Of a stretch of 64,000 nucleotides of DNA, positions 27,280 to 40,649 are shown piece by piece. The DNA is taken from assembly GCA_039545335.1 (NCBI GenBank), contig BCIN01000005.1, positions 710,641-774,640 on the forward strand. The letters run 5' to 3'. Origin of the DNA: Kondoa subrosea. Its lineage: Eukaryota. The notes under the pieces were generated by a model. The model saw only the letters and a program-made list of their open reading frames with translations. It was not told the DNA's origin and made no database searches. Within the stretch, counting starts at the first letter, position 1. Every line of letters begins with the position of its first letter. The position numbers and the translations under genes were made by a program.

Positions 27280-30200
27280 ATGTCGCTTGTCGGCAATATC
27301 ACGACCAGTTATGATCGTGCGTTTTGTGAAGCAGGGCAGTAGAGTGTAAAGCTGACTAGTCCAATAAGGCGAGGCTCATCAAGCTACCAGTGAGCAATAA
27401 CAAGTCATCGTTGCAAAAGACGAAGCCTGATGAAATCTATCAAAACAGCTGGATCAAGTGGTTTGCCATTCGTAAACGAGAAGACTCCCTATGAGGAAGA
27501 AGAAAATCAGCAAGAAGTGTTGCAGACCGATAAGGAGAAGCAAGACATCGCCAACGCAGAATTAGGCAAACTCGCTCGACAAGCTTCCCAGTACAGTAAC
27601 TATTCCGCTGTAGATGGGAGCGTCAATCCTTTTGAACCTACCAAGGACTCTGTTCTGGATCCGGTAAGTCTTCTTCTGCGCAAAAGAAGCTAAGGGTTTT
27701 GATCCTGTTTACCCTGTCAAGCACTCGGAGAAGTTTGAAGCTAGGAAATGGGTCAAAGCCTTGTTCACTCAGCTAGAAAACGATGAGAACTATCAGCACA
27801 GAATAGCTGGCGTCGCTTTCCGGAATCTTAATGCAACTGGATATGGTTCAGCTGCCGATTATCAAAAGACTGTAGGAAACATTGTCTACCAAGCTATTGA
27901 TCTAGTCAAAGCTGCCGTCTCGAGGAATAAAGGGCGCAAAGTCGAGATTTTGAAAGACTTTGATGGAGTTGTGCGAGCTGGAGAAATGCTTGTGAGCTCA
28001 TATCAGCCCTGTTTTCCTTGCAAATTACTAATCTTGTCGCAAGGTGGTACTCGGACCTCCAGGATCTGGTTGTAGTACATTCCTCAAGACACTAAGCGGA
28101 GAAACACGTATGTCAGATCCTGTTGCGATTCAGTTCTTCGCTCATGTCTTCGCTTCTTGACTACTTTAGATGGTTTCGAAGTACAAGGTGATATCAACTA
28201 TCAAGGTATCAGCCCAGAACAAATGCATACTCAGTTCAAGGGAGAAACTATCCTCGTAGGGGAGGTGAGTCATTTGCTTGAGATGCAGTTCTCTTCTCAC
28301 ATTGTCATTTATAGGTTGATGTTCATTTCCCTGCTGTTCGTCTGCCCATCTTGTTTCTGCAAGCGATACTGATGCTCTCGTTTGCAGATGCTGGTTGGTG
28401 ACACGCTTTACTTTGCTGCTCGCGCTCGACAACAGCGCACGCCTCCTCCTGGAACGACTAACAAGAGCTTTGCTGAGTTCATGCGTTCCGTAGTAATGGC
28501 TACTTTTGGTATCTCTCATACTATCAATACCAAGGTTGGAAATGATTTTGTGCGAGGTGTATCGTGAGTCCAAACTATAAATGCAAATTCGCGAATGTAC
28601 TAATAATACATGTATAGCGGAGGTGAAAGGAAGCGTGTCACTATTGCTGAAGCTGCACTTTCTGGTGCACCTTTGCAATGCTGTAAGTCTCCAGCCCATT
28701 CTAGGCACCTGAGATTAAGTCGTCTTTTTAATACATAGGGGACAACAGTACAAGAGGTCTTGATTCAGCCAATGCAATTGAATTCTGCAAAACTCTCAGA
28801 ACCTCTACCGAGATCCTCAATGCGACTTGTTGCGTCGCTATTTACCAAGCTCCTGGATCCGCCTACGATCTCTTCGACAAAGTCACAGTCCTCTACGAAG
28901 GGCGCCAGATCTACTTTGGTCCTACTAAAGAAGCCAAGGAGTTCTTTACCGACATGGGATTCTACTGCCCCGATCGTCAGACTGATGCCGACTTCCTTAC
29001 CTCTTTGACATCATCTTCTCAAAGACAAGTAGCTAAAGGCTTTGAAGATCGAGTACCAAGAACACCTGATGAATTCGTCACTCGTTGGAAAGCTTCATCT
29101 CAATATGCTGCCCTAATCACTGAGATTGAAGAGTACAATCGGGAATATCCGATTGGCGGAACTCATGCGCAAAGCTTCTTAGAGTCGAGACGAGCTCAAC
29201 AGTCGAAAGGTCATCGAGTCAAGTCACCTTATACTTTATCCTACACTCAGCAAGTCAAGCTATGTCTATGGCGCGGCTTCAAGCGATTAAAGGCCGATCC
29301 GTCTCTTACTTTCACTCAGCTTTTTGGCAACACGATCATGGGCCTAATAATTTCCAGGTGTGTTTGTACTGTCAATGCTATCGCTTTCTAGCACCTGGAC
29401 TGACTTTCGAGCGCAGTATTTTCTATAATTTGCCAAAAACTACTGGTTCGTTCTTTCAACGTGGAGCATTGCTATTCTTTGCGTATGTCGATCGATAGCT
29501 GGAAGGCTTATTGATTAGTAGCTCATCATTGTCTTGCAGTATCTTGATCAATGCCTTTTCGAGCATGCTCGAGGTGCGATCGTCGCTCATTCGTCAAATA
29601 ATGTAGCTGATAAATTGAGTCCAGATTCTTACTCTATATGCGCAACGACCAATTGTCGAGAAACACGAGTGAGGACTTTTGCTGGGCTGCCCTAGAATTC
29701 AGCTAATACGGCCGACAGTCGCTACGCATTCTATCATCCATCTGCAGAAGCTTTCGCTTCCATGCTTACAGGTAGATTTTGGTATCAAACTAGTTAAAGG
29801 CAATTTTCCTCACATCTTCTGATAGATTTGCCCTACAAACTACTCAACTCTGTTTGCTTCAATTTGGTAATCTATTTCATGACTAATCTGAGAAGAACAC
29901 CTGGAGCTTTTTTCTTGTAAGCCTTCAGAGTCCCTTGTTAGTCACAGATTTCATACCGAGAATCGTACAGTTTCTTTTTGGTCAACTTCCTACTTGTATT
30001 GGCCATGTCCATGTTCTTCCGCACAGTGAGGGAAGAGAATCTCGTTACAGTGATCTTGCTCAAATCTATTCCAGATTGCAAGTGCCAGTCGAACTTTGAC
30101 TAGCGCATTGGCTCCTGCAGCTATCTTGATTCTGGCGTAAGGCATACTTTCTACTCTTTAGGCTGTTATTAATACTTCTCTGCACATTAGCTTGATCATC

Positions 30201-33200
30201 TATACTGGGTAAGCTCGAGTAGTGGCGTCAGCTCGTAACAGCTGACTTATCTTCCATTCAGTTTTGCAATTCCTGTCCGTGATATGCCAGGATGGAGTCG
30301 ATGGATCAATTATCTCGACCCTATAGCGTATGCCTTCGAAGCCCTTATGGTTAACGAATTCGCCGGCCAGCAATTCACCTGCAGCTCCTTCGTCCCCAAT
30401 TATGCAACCGCAACAGGCACCGAAAGGGTATGCTCTACTGTTGGATCTGTAGCCGGCTCCAGCGTCGTCCAAGGGTAAGTTCTTCTTGTTCAAGAAAGTG
30501 CTGGTGTTGACCTTGAAACAGCGACGACTATTTGCGGTTATCTTTCCAATACACTAACGCTCATAAATGGAGAAATGTTGGCATTGTCATAGCCTTCATT
30601 CTTGGATTGGGTGAGTCGCACTTAGCTCTTCTCTGCCTTTTTCGCTGCTAAACCATCTTTAGGCACGATATGTAAGTCAAGAGCCTATTCGGTAGCAAAT
30701 CCTCTTCGCTCACGTCCATGCTTCAGACATTTATTTGGCAGAAATTGTCCAGTCGAAGAAAAGCAAAGGAGAGGTGCTCGTCTTCAGACGGGGCCATGAG
30801 CCTTCTACTCTGATACAACCTTCGCAACAAGATATTGAGACTGGAAGCGGTCAAACAGTGGTAGCTGAAAGACAAACTTCGAACGAGAAAGAAGCCTTTG
30901 CAAATATCCAGAAGCAAACGGCCATCTTCTCATGGAAGGATGTGACTTGTGAGCCTTTTGCTCTTCTGCCGTCCCAGGCGCTGACTACATTTTCAGATGA
31001 TGTTAAGGTTGGCTTGCACATTCTGGGGAAGTAAGATAACTAAACGCGCATCTTCACAATAGATCAAGAAGGAAACGCGCCGGATTCTTGACCACGTGGA
31101 TGGCTGGGTACAACCTGGAACATTGACCGCTCTTATGGGCGTGGTATGTCCAGATTTCCTTTCAGACATTATGTTTGCCTAACATAGCTTTACCTGTAGT
31201 CCGGCGCTGGCAAAACGACACTCTTGGACTGCTTAGCGAGTCGTGTGACCGGCGGTGTCCTAACCGGGGAAATGCTGGTTGACGGCAGACAAAGAGATGC
31301 CTCTTTTCAAAGGAAGACCGGCTACGTTCAACAGCAAGATTTGCATCTCAGCACTACCACCGTCCGCGAAGCATTAGAGTTCTCTGCCCTTCTTCGGCAA
31401 CCCGCTAATGTTTCCAAAGAGGAGAAGCTCGCTTACGTGGACGAAGTGATTGCTCTATTGGAAATGCAAGAGTGAATGACTTAATTGCTGACTCTCGTAT
31501 CCGGCTGACGCCTCTGCAGATATGCGAATGCTGTTGTTGGAGTTCCAGGTGAAGGTTTGAATGTAGAACAACGCAAGAGACTCACAATCGGTGTGGAACT
31601 GGCTGCTAAACCTCAGCTACTTCTTTTCCTGGATGGTAGGTCTTATTTGAAGGCTCTCAAGCATGCTGATTCTGGAGTCAGAACCTTCGTCTGGATTGGA
31701 CAGCGATACAAGTTCAAGTATCGTCGATCTGTTGCAAAAGCTTGCTTCTGCGGGGCAGTCTATTCTGTGTACAATCCACCAGCCATCCGCTACCCTGTTT
31801 GATCGCTTTGCTCGCCTCCTGTTCCTTGCCAAAGGCGGCAGAACCGTCTATTTTGGCGAAATTGGCAAGAACGCTAGCATTTTGACAGAATACTTCGAAA
31901 AAAATGGCGGCTTCCCTTGTCCTGAAGATGCCAACCCTGCCGAATGGATGCTGCAAGTCATTGGTGCTGCTCCTGGCTCAAAGACGGACATCGATTGGCC
32001 CCAAACCTGGAACGATAGCGAGGAGAAGAAGGCTGTGCGCGCACAGATCGACAGCTTCAAGCACAAATTGCCTCAGACGCCTAACATTGAAACAGTCGAC
32101 GATAATGATCCCTCTGCTTTCAAAGAGTTTGCGGCGCCATTTGGAACCCAATTCCGCCTTGTTTTGCGAAGAGTTTTCGAACAATACTGGAGAACACCGT
32201 CTTACATAGCCTCTAAGGTCTTGCTCTGTGTCTCGAGTGGCTTGTTCATTGGTCTGTCTTGTAATTCTTCTTTCTTCTTTCAGCTCATTCTGTGTGATAG
32301 GTTTCTCCTTCTTCAACGCTGGAACATCTCTACAAGGATTGCAGAACCAGATGTTTGCTGTATTCATGCTGCTGACGATCTTTGGTAACATTAGTGAGTT
32401 TTGTGAGTCAGCCGCCGGCAATCGATCTGAACCGGGTTATAGACCAACAAATTATGCCTCATTTCGTCACGCAACGAGCACTATACGAAGCTAGGGAACG
32501 TCCGAGCAGTGAGTGTTCATGCTTGTAATTGGCATTGATCTTGAATATGCTTCACAACAGAGGCGTACTCTTGGTATGCATGGATGCTGGCTATGATTCT
32601 AGTGGAGATTCCATGGTAATAGTTGTGACTAGTTGGCGTCTAATAAAGCTGACTGGACGTCAGGAACTCCTTGATGGCTGTCTTGATTTTCTTCACCTGG
32701 TAAGCCGAAAGTATGAGAGCTCCTTGTCCAGCACTGATATGATGAATCAGGTACTACCCTATAGGGATGTACGAGAACGCTGTTGCGACCGATACAGTAC
32801 ATCTAAGAGGATTCCTCATGTTTATATTCATTCTGTGAGTCCGGATTTTCTTACTGCTTCAACCAGCAGTAACACATCATACAGATGCTTCATGCTATTC
32901 GCAAGCACATTCTCAAACATGGTAATAGCTGCTATATCTACTGCAGAAGAAGGCGGCAACATCGCAAATCTACTCTTCTCGCTGTCTTTGATCTTCTGCG
33001 GAGTACTCGCAAGTCCAGATGTCTTCCCTCACTTCTGGATCTTCATGTACCGCGTGTCTCCATTCACTTATCTCGTCTCTGGAATGCTCTCTACCGGCAT
33101 CGCCAATACAAGGGTCGTTTGCTCTGATATCGAGTATCTGAATTTCGAACCACCAGCTGGCGATACATGTAGCTGTATGTTGCAAGATTCCGTGACTGAC

Positions 33201-33584
33201 GTATGCTGAACAATTCTTCAGCATACATTGAACCATATCGACTGGCTTATGGTGGATATCTGCAAGACACTGCAGCAGTTTCTGGGTGTCGTTATGTACG
33301 CCATCTGCTTGTTCATGGATGGTTGAGCTAATCTTGCGGTTGCCATATTCAGTGCCCAGCAGACAGTACCAATACTTTCCTCTCGGCAGTCTCTGCAAAT
33401 TATAACGATGTCGGAAGAAATATTGGCATTCTATTCGTCAGTCCATATCAAATGATGTCACGTCGATACTGACCCGTACTTCCAACATTCTTAGGGATTC
33501 ATCATCTTCAATGCATTCGCAGCCATGTTCTTCTATTGGCTTGGGAGAGTACCTAAAAAGCAAAAGGACACCAAGATTGAATGA
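27280..33584 (+). CDS. Full-size PDR/ABCG multidrug ABC transporter (NBD-TMD x2), more than 30 introns
   Basis: NBD1 [43 protein letters not shown]2 [58 protein letters not shown]. Start [12 protein letters not shown] is inferred. Confidence 0.95.
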
Positions 33585-34158
33585 AAGCCTTGTCACCAGT
33601 GGAACTCAGTATCTGATGTATGGTCGTTAATAGTTGTAGTCGTTATAATTGCATTGTCCTCATCCTAGACAAATACATCTTTTAGCTTCTTTTCAAGTAC
33701 ACCAATTGGGACCTAATTGTTCCTTTGCAAGCGTAAAAGTGAAAACGTACTCAACCCTCTTCGCACGTACTCAAGCCTCTTCACACCAATTGCGTGGAAT
33801 CTGAACATTTTCGAAGGATTTCCAAGATCTTGCCTTGTCTCAACCGATGTCTCCCCTGAGACAGATTTCCCATCGTTATGGTATCTGGCAGGTCCTTCGG
33901 GGCTCACAACACTGATCCGGGCAAGCATAGTCGACATCCTGCCTTATGTCAAATGCAGTTGTCCAACTTCATAATGACTTGCTGCCTGTTGCATACCAGG
34001 ACAGCCTATCCGTGCTTAAGGAATGCCTTTCCTTCTTATATCAGGACCTGCTCTGTCTATGATCGATCTCTCAAGCGCTACTCCCTTTGTTCGAACCAAT
34101 TCTACGAACTGCTGCTCTTCTCTTTCATTTCTTTTTCGCGTTCGATCTGAACTACAGA

Positions 34159-35394
34159 ATGCTCAATTACTCTAGAATATCTTGCTGGATCAGCGCAGGC
34201 GGGAAAGACCTTCCCGAACTTAGATCTGAAGAGAACGGCAAACAAATCTATGGCTTCATTTCGAGCGAGCATGGTTCAAAATTTGCTATTCGCTTCCGCA
34301 TTCCAGATCGAGAGCATGACTAGTGAGTCCGGTATCTATATCAGAAGCGAAGCTCACTTCGCGTAGCTCGGTCAACACTATCATTGATGGCTGCATTTCC
34401 AGCTCAAGAGCTGTCTGTAGCAGAGAAGGTCGGTCGAGATTAGCTCAGTACGATATCAAGAGCTAACGAATGGAAGCAGAGGAACGCGAATCGTCTATCA
34501 GCTCAGTTCCGGCGAATGTCCAAGGGTCCAAAGCTCTCCCTTTCTTCTTTGCCAGAGTCGATGGCTTGTCAACCTCCAGTACACCTGTTGTTGAAGGTCT
34601 TGGAACAATTCAAGGTATGCAAAGCAACTCAAGTAAGGTCCAATTGTGCTTATAGTGTTCTACAGTCACGATGACTCGTTGTAGTCTGAAAGAATTGGAG
34701 ACTCCTGATCTTAGCTATCTTCCCGCGCCAAAACTTCCTGTTCCAGCTCCAGTATCTACTGGTTCAAGTCATTTGACCAGGTTCGTCTATATCCTGCGCC
34801 AAATTGATGCCTGACTGTACTCTCAAGATTGGGCGCGGAACGTGACGAGGACGCACGAAAGGCATATAGATGTACAAGTAGAGAAGCAATACCTTGGGTA
34901 ACCTTTGTGAGTATATTGCAGCTATGCTGAATGCGTATGCTGAGATTGCTTTAGACCTTCTTTTATGGCACCGAAGGTGCGTAGCCGTTGCATCAAGCTG
35001 AATTTGATGCTCAAAAGATGCTGCAGAATACCTTAGGACCTTACCAAGCCGTGCGCGGCGCACAAACGCTGCGTTTGGTGAGCCGAGTGATGCGTGTCAC
35101 GCGCGTCTCGCTGACGACTGGGACATAGAGCTATATGACAGTCTTCGGATCCACCCTGGGCCTTCTCTTCACTTGAGTGCCCCAGTATCTACTGCAAAGA
35201 AGACACACGGAAGAAGCTCTAGCGATGGTCAAGTGACATATTCGTGGACTCTGAAGAAGCCATCCCTAAGATCCAAATTTTCACTATCTTTTCTAACGGG
35301 TCGTAAGGTGAAAGTCGATGCGGAGATTGAGCGCAAAGCTCTGACAACAAGCACGTCTATTCCTTCTCTTTCAATCATTGCTGCCAGTCCGTAA
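34159..35394 (+). CDS. Uncharacterised fungal protein (resembles DUF7918-type family), spliced
   Basis: MLNYSRISCWISAGGKDLPE…GFISSEHGSKFAIRF…IIDG…LPFFFARV…LGTIQVTM…PWVTFTFFYGTEEYL, assembled through GT-AG introns. Family assignment is from recalled motif pattern only. Confidence 0.6.
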
Positions 35395-35551
35395 CGTCAA
35401 GGTCTATGTCTGTCTGAACCCCGGCTTTTCTGTATTCATTAGACTGTATAGTATGTACGGAGTCTGGAAGCAATGCAATGTAATGTATGAGAAGGAGATA
35501 TGCTTTGTGCTACAATTCTGCGTTGTGGCAATTAGTAACTGTTTGTTGCGC

Positions 35552-38500
35552 TCACTCTTTGCACGCACCTGACAAACGACAAACCGACACTGAACTACCC
35601 ATTCTTTCACAGAAGTATAAACTGCCTAAGACCAAATTAGACGAGCGAAAAGCAGATTTATGCAAAACTTACCCTTTCCATTGTGTAGATAAACGACATC
35701 CCTGAGATTAGTAAATCCTTCTGGCGTGAACTTTCGCCTCTTCAAAGCCTGCTCCGGTCCGACTTCGATACTCACAAGCTGTGCAGCATGATCGTGCGTA
35801 GATGGACCGCCAACGTCTATTGCTTGTAGGTCCGTAGCGCCAACGCCGACCAAGACAGTCTTGCGACCTCCTTGTACTACCATCATCTCGATGCGGGAAA
35901 ATTGATGCAAAGCTCGAAGATGATCGGGAGTCGATTCTGTCAGAGGTTCATTTGGCTTCCACTGGATTGCTTTTCTGATAACTGAACGACCATCACCATC
36001 AACAATATCTGAGGGGCAGAAATGAGCGAAAAAGATACTGTTGAAGCCAGCTCCTGACTTACTGGTCATATTTCGACCTCGCGACACAAAGAACAAGCCC
36101 GGCTTCCCCGCATTACGATGAGGATGATCAGCCAGAAGAGAAATTGGGGAAAGTAGAGATTCGGATGCAGATGATCTTGCAGCAGAATTTTCTGGTGCTC
36201 GATGAGGATTAGAGAAAGGATCAGGATTGCTGAAGATGGCTAGAGATGCAGGCAGTGGACTGGAAGAGACGACAGAATCATAGGTCGGCGGTATTACATA
36301 GCTGTTATCCACACATTGTCAGTAGTGATCACCAATGTGCAGATAGACTTACGCGGGTGCCAGGACGCTCGGCGGTACTGGCGGAATGAAATCGAGCTGT
36401 TGGAAAGTTGTGAAGGGAATCTTCGGCTTATTTGCTATTCCATTAGATGAAGTTCGCTGCGGTACGCCAGCAGATGCAATGGATACCGTTCGCGAAATCT
36501 CTTCTGGTTCCGCTTCAGCAAAAGAGGCTGGCCGATCGGCCTCGTTCTGCTCAAAGCTTGCACGAATCTGATTTTGTTCACCAGGGTCTGAAGCCGTGTT
36601 GTTCTGACGTTCCTGCTCCCGTTGACGGCGTGCTGCTCTTCTTTCGTTCCTGCTAACGCCGACCTCACGGACTCGAACAGTGGACGGCTCTAAAGCAAAG
36701 ATGCTCTCATCGTATACCACTGGCAAAGCAATCAGTTCAATCTCTTATCACATACATAATACTTACAATATATGTCCACAAGCTCATCGCCTTGCAGCTG
36801 AAATTCGAAAGCAGAGGGGCTTTCCGGTAATACAAACGTTCTGTTGGTGGGCACCACAATCAATACAAGGACAATGTAGCGCGATTGTCCAGCTCACCTA
36901 TTCAGCGACAGCGAAACGTTCTTGGAGCCCTATTATGTCATGGTCAAACACGCTCTAATTGTTCCTGATAGCTACTCACAGTGAATAGCTCGATTCTTTC
37001 TCCGACATCTCCGCACAAGACAGCAAGATAGGTCCGTTTGGTAGTCTCGGCAGCCCGAATGAAACGAGTTCCCTTCGTTCTGGCTAGTTTCACATAATCC
37101 AAAGGAGATGTAGCAGAGGCAGGATGAACTTCTGCCGCAGCTGAAGCCGCATTCTCTGCGCGCGAGTTGTGTGATTGTGCCAATCCTGCTTCAGTTTCAT
37201 CTAACGTAGGCAAAAGAGTAGCTGGTCGAGGCTTCTCCGGAAAGAAAGCATTGCTGTCGTTGTCTTCTTCGATCTCTTCTAGAGAGTCAGTTCGAGTTTG
37301 CTCTTGGGAAGGTCTTGTGCCGAATCCGCTATCAATAACAGCCATTACAGCTGTTTCACCATATCGAGAACGCGAAGCTTCAGCAGGCGCTTCATTCTGA
37401 TCGCTTTGAGCAATCGGGGGTGTAGAAGGAGTAGAAGCCGGCGGTCTTCTGACACCATCGAGCAAACTCCATCGTTTCCGTTGTCGAGCAGTGACAGCCA
37501 TCGGATTATGGTTTTCTGGCTCAGATGGAGCAGGTAGATTATCGCTATCGGGATTAGATCCAAATGCAGCGTTTTGAGCGATCAAAGGTGTAGCTTCAGT
37601 TCGCCAACTGCTATTTGAAGCGGAAGAAACAGTTCTGGTCATTGTGGATCCACGAGCTGGTCTGTTGCGTTGCATGACTTGTGATGTACTAGGTTCAGGC
37701 GGGCCATCATTGAGAAAGTCAGCTAAAGATCTACTCGCTTCGACTTCTTCGCACATCCTTGCAACAGAAGCCGATCGAGGTGTAAGTCTGGTCCTGGAGC
37801 TTGATGTTGAAAGCATAGATTGCTTGGAGGCTGATCGAAGCATGGTCGTCACAGAAGTTGCGGAAGCTTGGCTTGTCTCGCTGGCCAAGCTGTCATAGGT
37901 ATTAGAATTAGGTATGTCAGTACCATTTTCGGAAACACTATTCAATTTCCGATTGTTGCGAGGAGAAGAAGGTTCAGAAGTAAGAGCTGATTCAGAAGTA
38001 AGAGCTGATTCAGAAAAGAACTTTGTAAGTTCAGAGGTGAAGGACGATCCGCTATCTTCGCGGGACATTTGCGAAGCGGAACGAGGAGCGAATCGTTGTC
38101 TTGATTCAAAGGTGGGTGAGGAAGCTTTAACGGGACTACTTGAGCTTCTTTCTCTTGTTTGTGTACCTTCTTTTGCTGCAGATAATCCATGAACAGCGTT
38201 GTCATCCATGAGTATTTGAGCAAGTGACACTCCTGGTCCAGTAGCATCTTCAGGTAGCACTCTTGCCGATCGAGCGAGCTTGTTTGAAATGGTCGATGGG
38301 TTAGGCCGAAGCAAGACCGATTCCTGTGAAGCTTCAGCTGAAGATTCTTCAGCTTCGATATTTGACCATGATTCATCTGAATGCCTAGGCATAGCAGGTA
38401 CGGGTGGTATCGCTGATTCGCCATTGGCTGAAGGCGAAGCTGGGCCAGCGTAAGAAGCCCGTCGAGTATGATGCCGCGAGGAAGTAGAGCCGGAATGTAC

Positions 38501-40377
38501 GCTGGCTAGACTAGCTCTTCTTCCCGCTCGTAATGTGTCTCGACTTCGAGGAGATTTCAAAGATGGATTTGTTGGAATGGCAGTAACTATCGAATGGCTT
38601 CGCGATCGAGGATTAACTGGCCGAGGTGTAGTAGGAGAGACGTGCGAAGGTCTGCGAGACGAGTAGCCAGGAGGAGGAGAGATCGGTGGTTGAGATACAA
38701 TAGCACTCGGTTTTGTAGCTGAACTTGAGCTGGATGCAAGAGTTAGAGGCGGCGGTGGAGCTGCTCTTCCTTTGCCTTTGAGATCTGCCGCTTGCGGCGA
38801 AGCAACAGTTGTAGCATTTGCAGCTGAGTTGGGATTCGCTCTTGCTAATGCGCGGGCTCCGAAATGAGTAAAGTGATCTTTCATCCTCTTCTCTATCATA
38901 GTTCGAATGCCGTCCAAAGCATACACTGGGCCAGTTCGTAAGCTCAGAAATCGCAAGACTATCGGTCAGGTCACACCTCGAACATGATCGTTTCTTCCCG
39001 CAACAGCCAATAATATGTTACTCCTCTCCTTCAGTATTACAATCTGCTTGAACCTAGTTCTTTTGATCAAAGCCAAAGGTTTCTTCACTATTGGTGCACC
39101 ACTTTTCCCATTTGATCCAGCTGGTCTGAAGAGAGGTATAAAGTCTAAACCCATTGTAGTTCCGATGAGAAGGTATCGATCGTCTAGAACTGCTCCGCAG
39201 AGGGGTATGCCGAAACGGGAAACAGGTTGACTAGGTATAATTTGATCTAATTTGAGGTTCATTTCTGCTAAAGTAGGTTCTTTAGGTGTATCATTGCTTT
39301 TGAGTGGTACTTTTGAAGGAGAAGAACGAGGTGAAGGGCGCAAAGAGGAAGTGGACGGTCGATTGTCTAGAACGGGAGAGGCAGGTTGTGAGCGACCAAA
39401 ACCAGAGGTGATACCCAGTCCTAGACTAGGTCGAAATCGAGCCATATCGGAAGCTAGACTTGCTGACCGAGAAAGAGAAGATTGAGCCGAAGGTGGATTA
39501 GTGTTGTAATTAGGACTTCCGTCATATACAGGTGATGTAGGAGAAGGTGGTGCTGAAGTATTTCTGACATGTTGACGATTAATAGGTGAAGAGGGAGACG
39601 AAGCGGGAATATTTCGGTTGCGCGGATGCAACAGATTGGCAAAGAAAGACCGGCGATTGGTATTCTGAGCAGCAGGTGGTGTTAAAGCAGACTGTTCACA
39701 GAAGTCTTAGTTGAAAAGTCAGATTCTGATCGTTGACCACGTACATCTGCTGCCAATCTCGCTAATGGACCGCTGGCAACGCTAATGTATGGCCCGCTGT
39801 CTTCTGCGCCAGCGTTGAAATTCGCATTAGATACAGAGCGGAAGGGTGCATGTTGCCCGTGTGCCACTTGCGACTCTTCGAAGCTAGGCAAAGGAAAATG
39901 TGATCCTGTCCATCCATCTTCTGCTGCAGGTGCTTGTACCAGCTCGTCTTCTTCTTCTTCCCTTGGCGTATTAAGCGGTGAATGATCTCTGTCAGCTGGA
40001 TGCCTATCCCCGGGGTGCTCGAAGAGACCCATCATACTAGTCGGTCGCGCATAAGAAGTTCTTGACACGGGAAGCTCAAGCAATGGTGTATTTTGATTTG
40101 GGAGAGCGAGCGGAGTGATCGATTCTTGTTCTTCAGCGAGAGAAGCACGTCTAGCGAGCAAATTTGAAGTTGAAGCATTGGCCATATGTGACGTTGGTAA
40201 TTGCAGCCCAATCCCACTCAACTTCCTTTCGGCCGCTTGTATAGGGTCCACCTCGTTGCTAGCAGCATCTTCGCCGCTTGTGTAGTCAGACAGAGCTCCA
40301 TCAGATTCTCTATTGTTCGAATTCGACATATTTGACAGGGTGACTTCTAGTTCCGTGCTGCTTGGTGCACGAGTCAT
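35552..40377 (-). CDS. Large Ser/Pro-rich protein with a split CNH-like beta-propeller
   Basis: Ordered blocks LCGAVLDDRYLLIGTTMGLDFI, LIKRTRFKQIVILKERSNILLAVAGRNDHVRVYAL, YVKLARTKGTRFI…YLAVLCG…IELF and FFVSRGRNMT, separated by long disordered inserts. Confidence 0.75.
37973..38015. repeat. 18-bp in-frame tandem duplication (ttcagaagtaagagctga x2.4; encodes SESALT repeats on the minus strand)
   Basis: Read directly within the CNH-like gene. Confidence 0.9.
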
Positions 40378-40649
40378 GATCGTGCTTCTAGGCAAGCATC
40401 ATCCATGTATAGTGCACGAGGAAGATTTTGAAGCTGCGACAGTTCTATGGATCGAGAAAGGTGTTGCACGAGGCAAAACCAGGCTGGAGCGCGCTCAGTC
40501 CTCGTCAAGCTTTTTCTGTAGATGACGGTTGTCACTGCTCTTGAGCACTGTACAAAAGCGAACCAGCCAAGTCGACCTTCGCAATTACAAACGCGTAGCC
40601 GCAAATGGGCAAAGTAAACATTTACTTCCGCACCCAGTTAGACTTTTTT

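Noticed and set aside
39640..39750. Apparent frameshift between ORFs 39682-40395 and 38966-39631
   Set aside because: Explained by a ~55-nt gtacgt…ctgac…gaacag intron.
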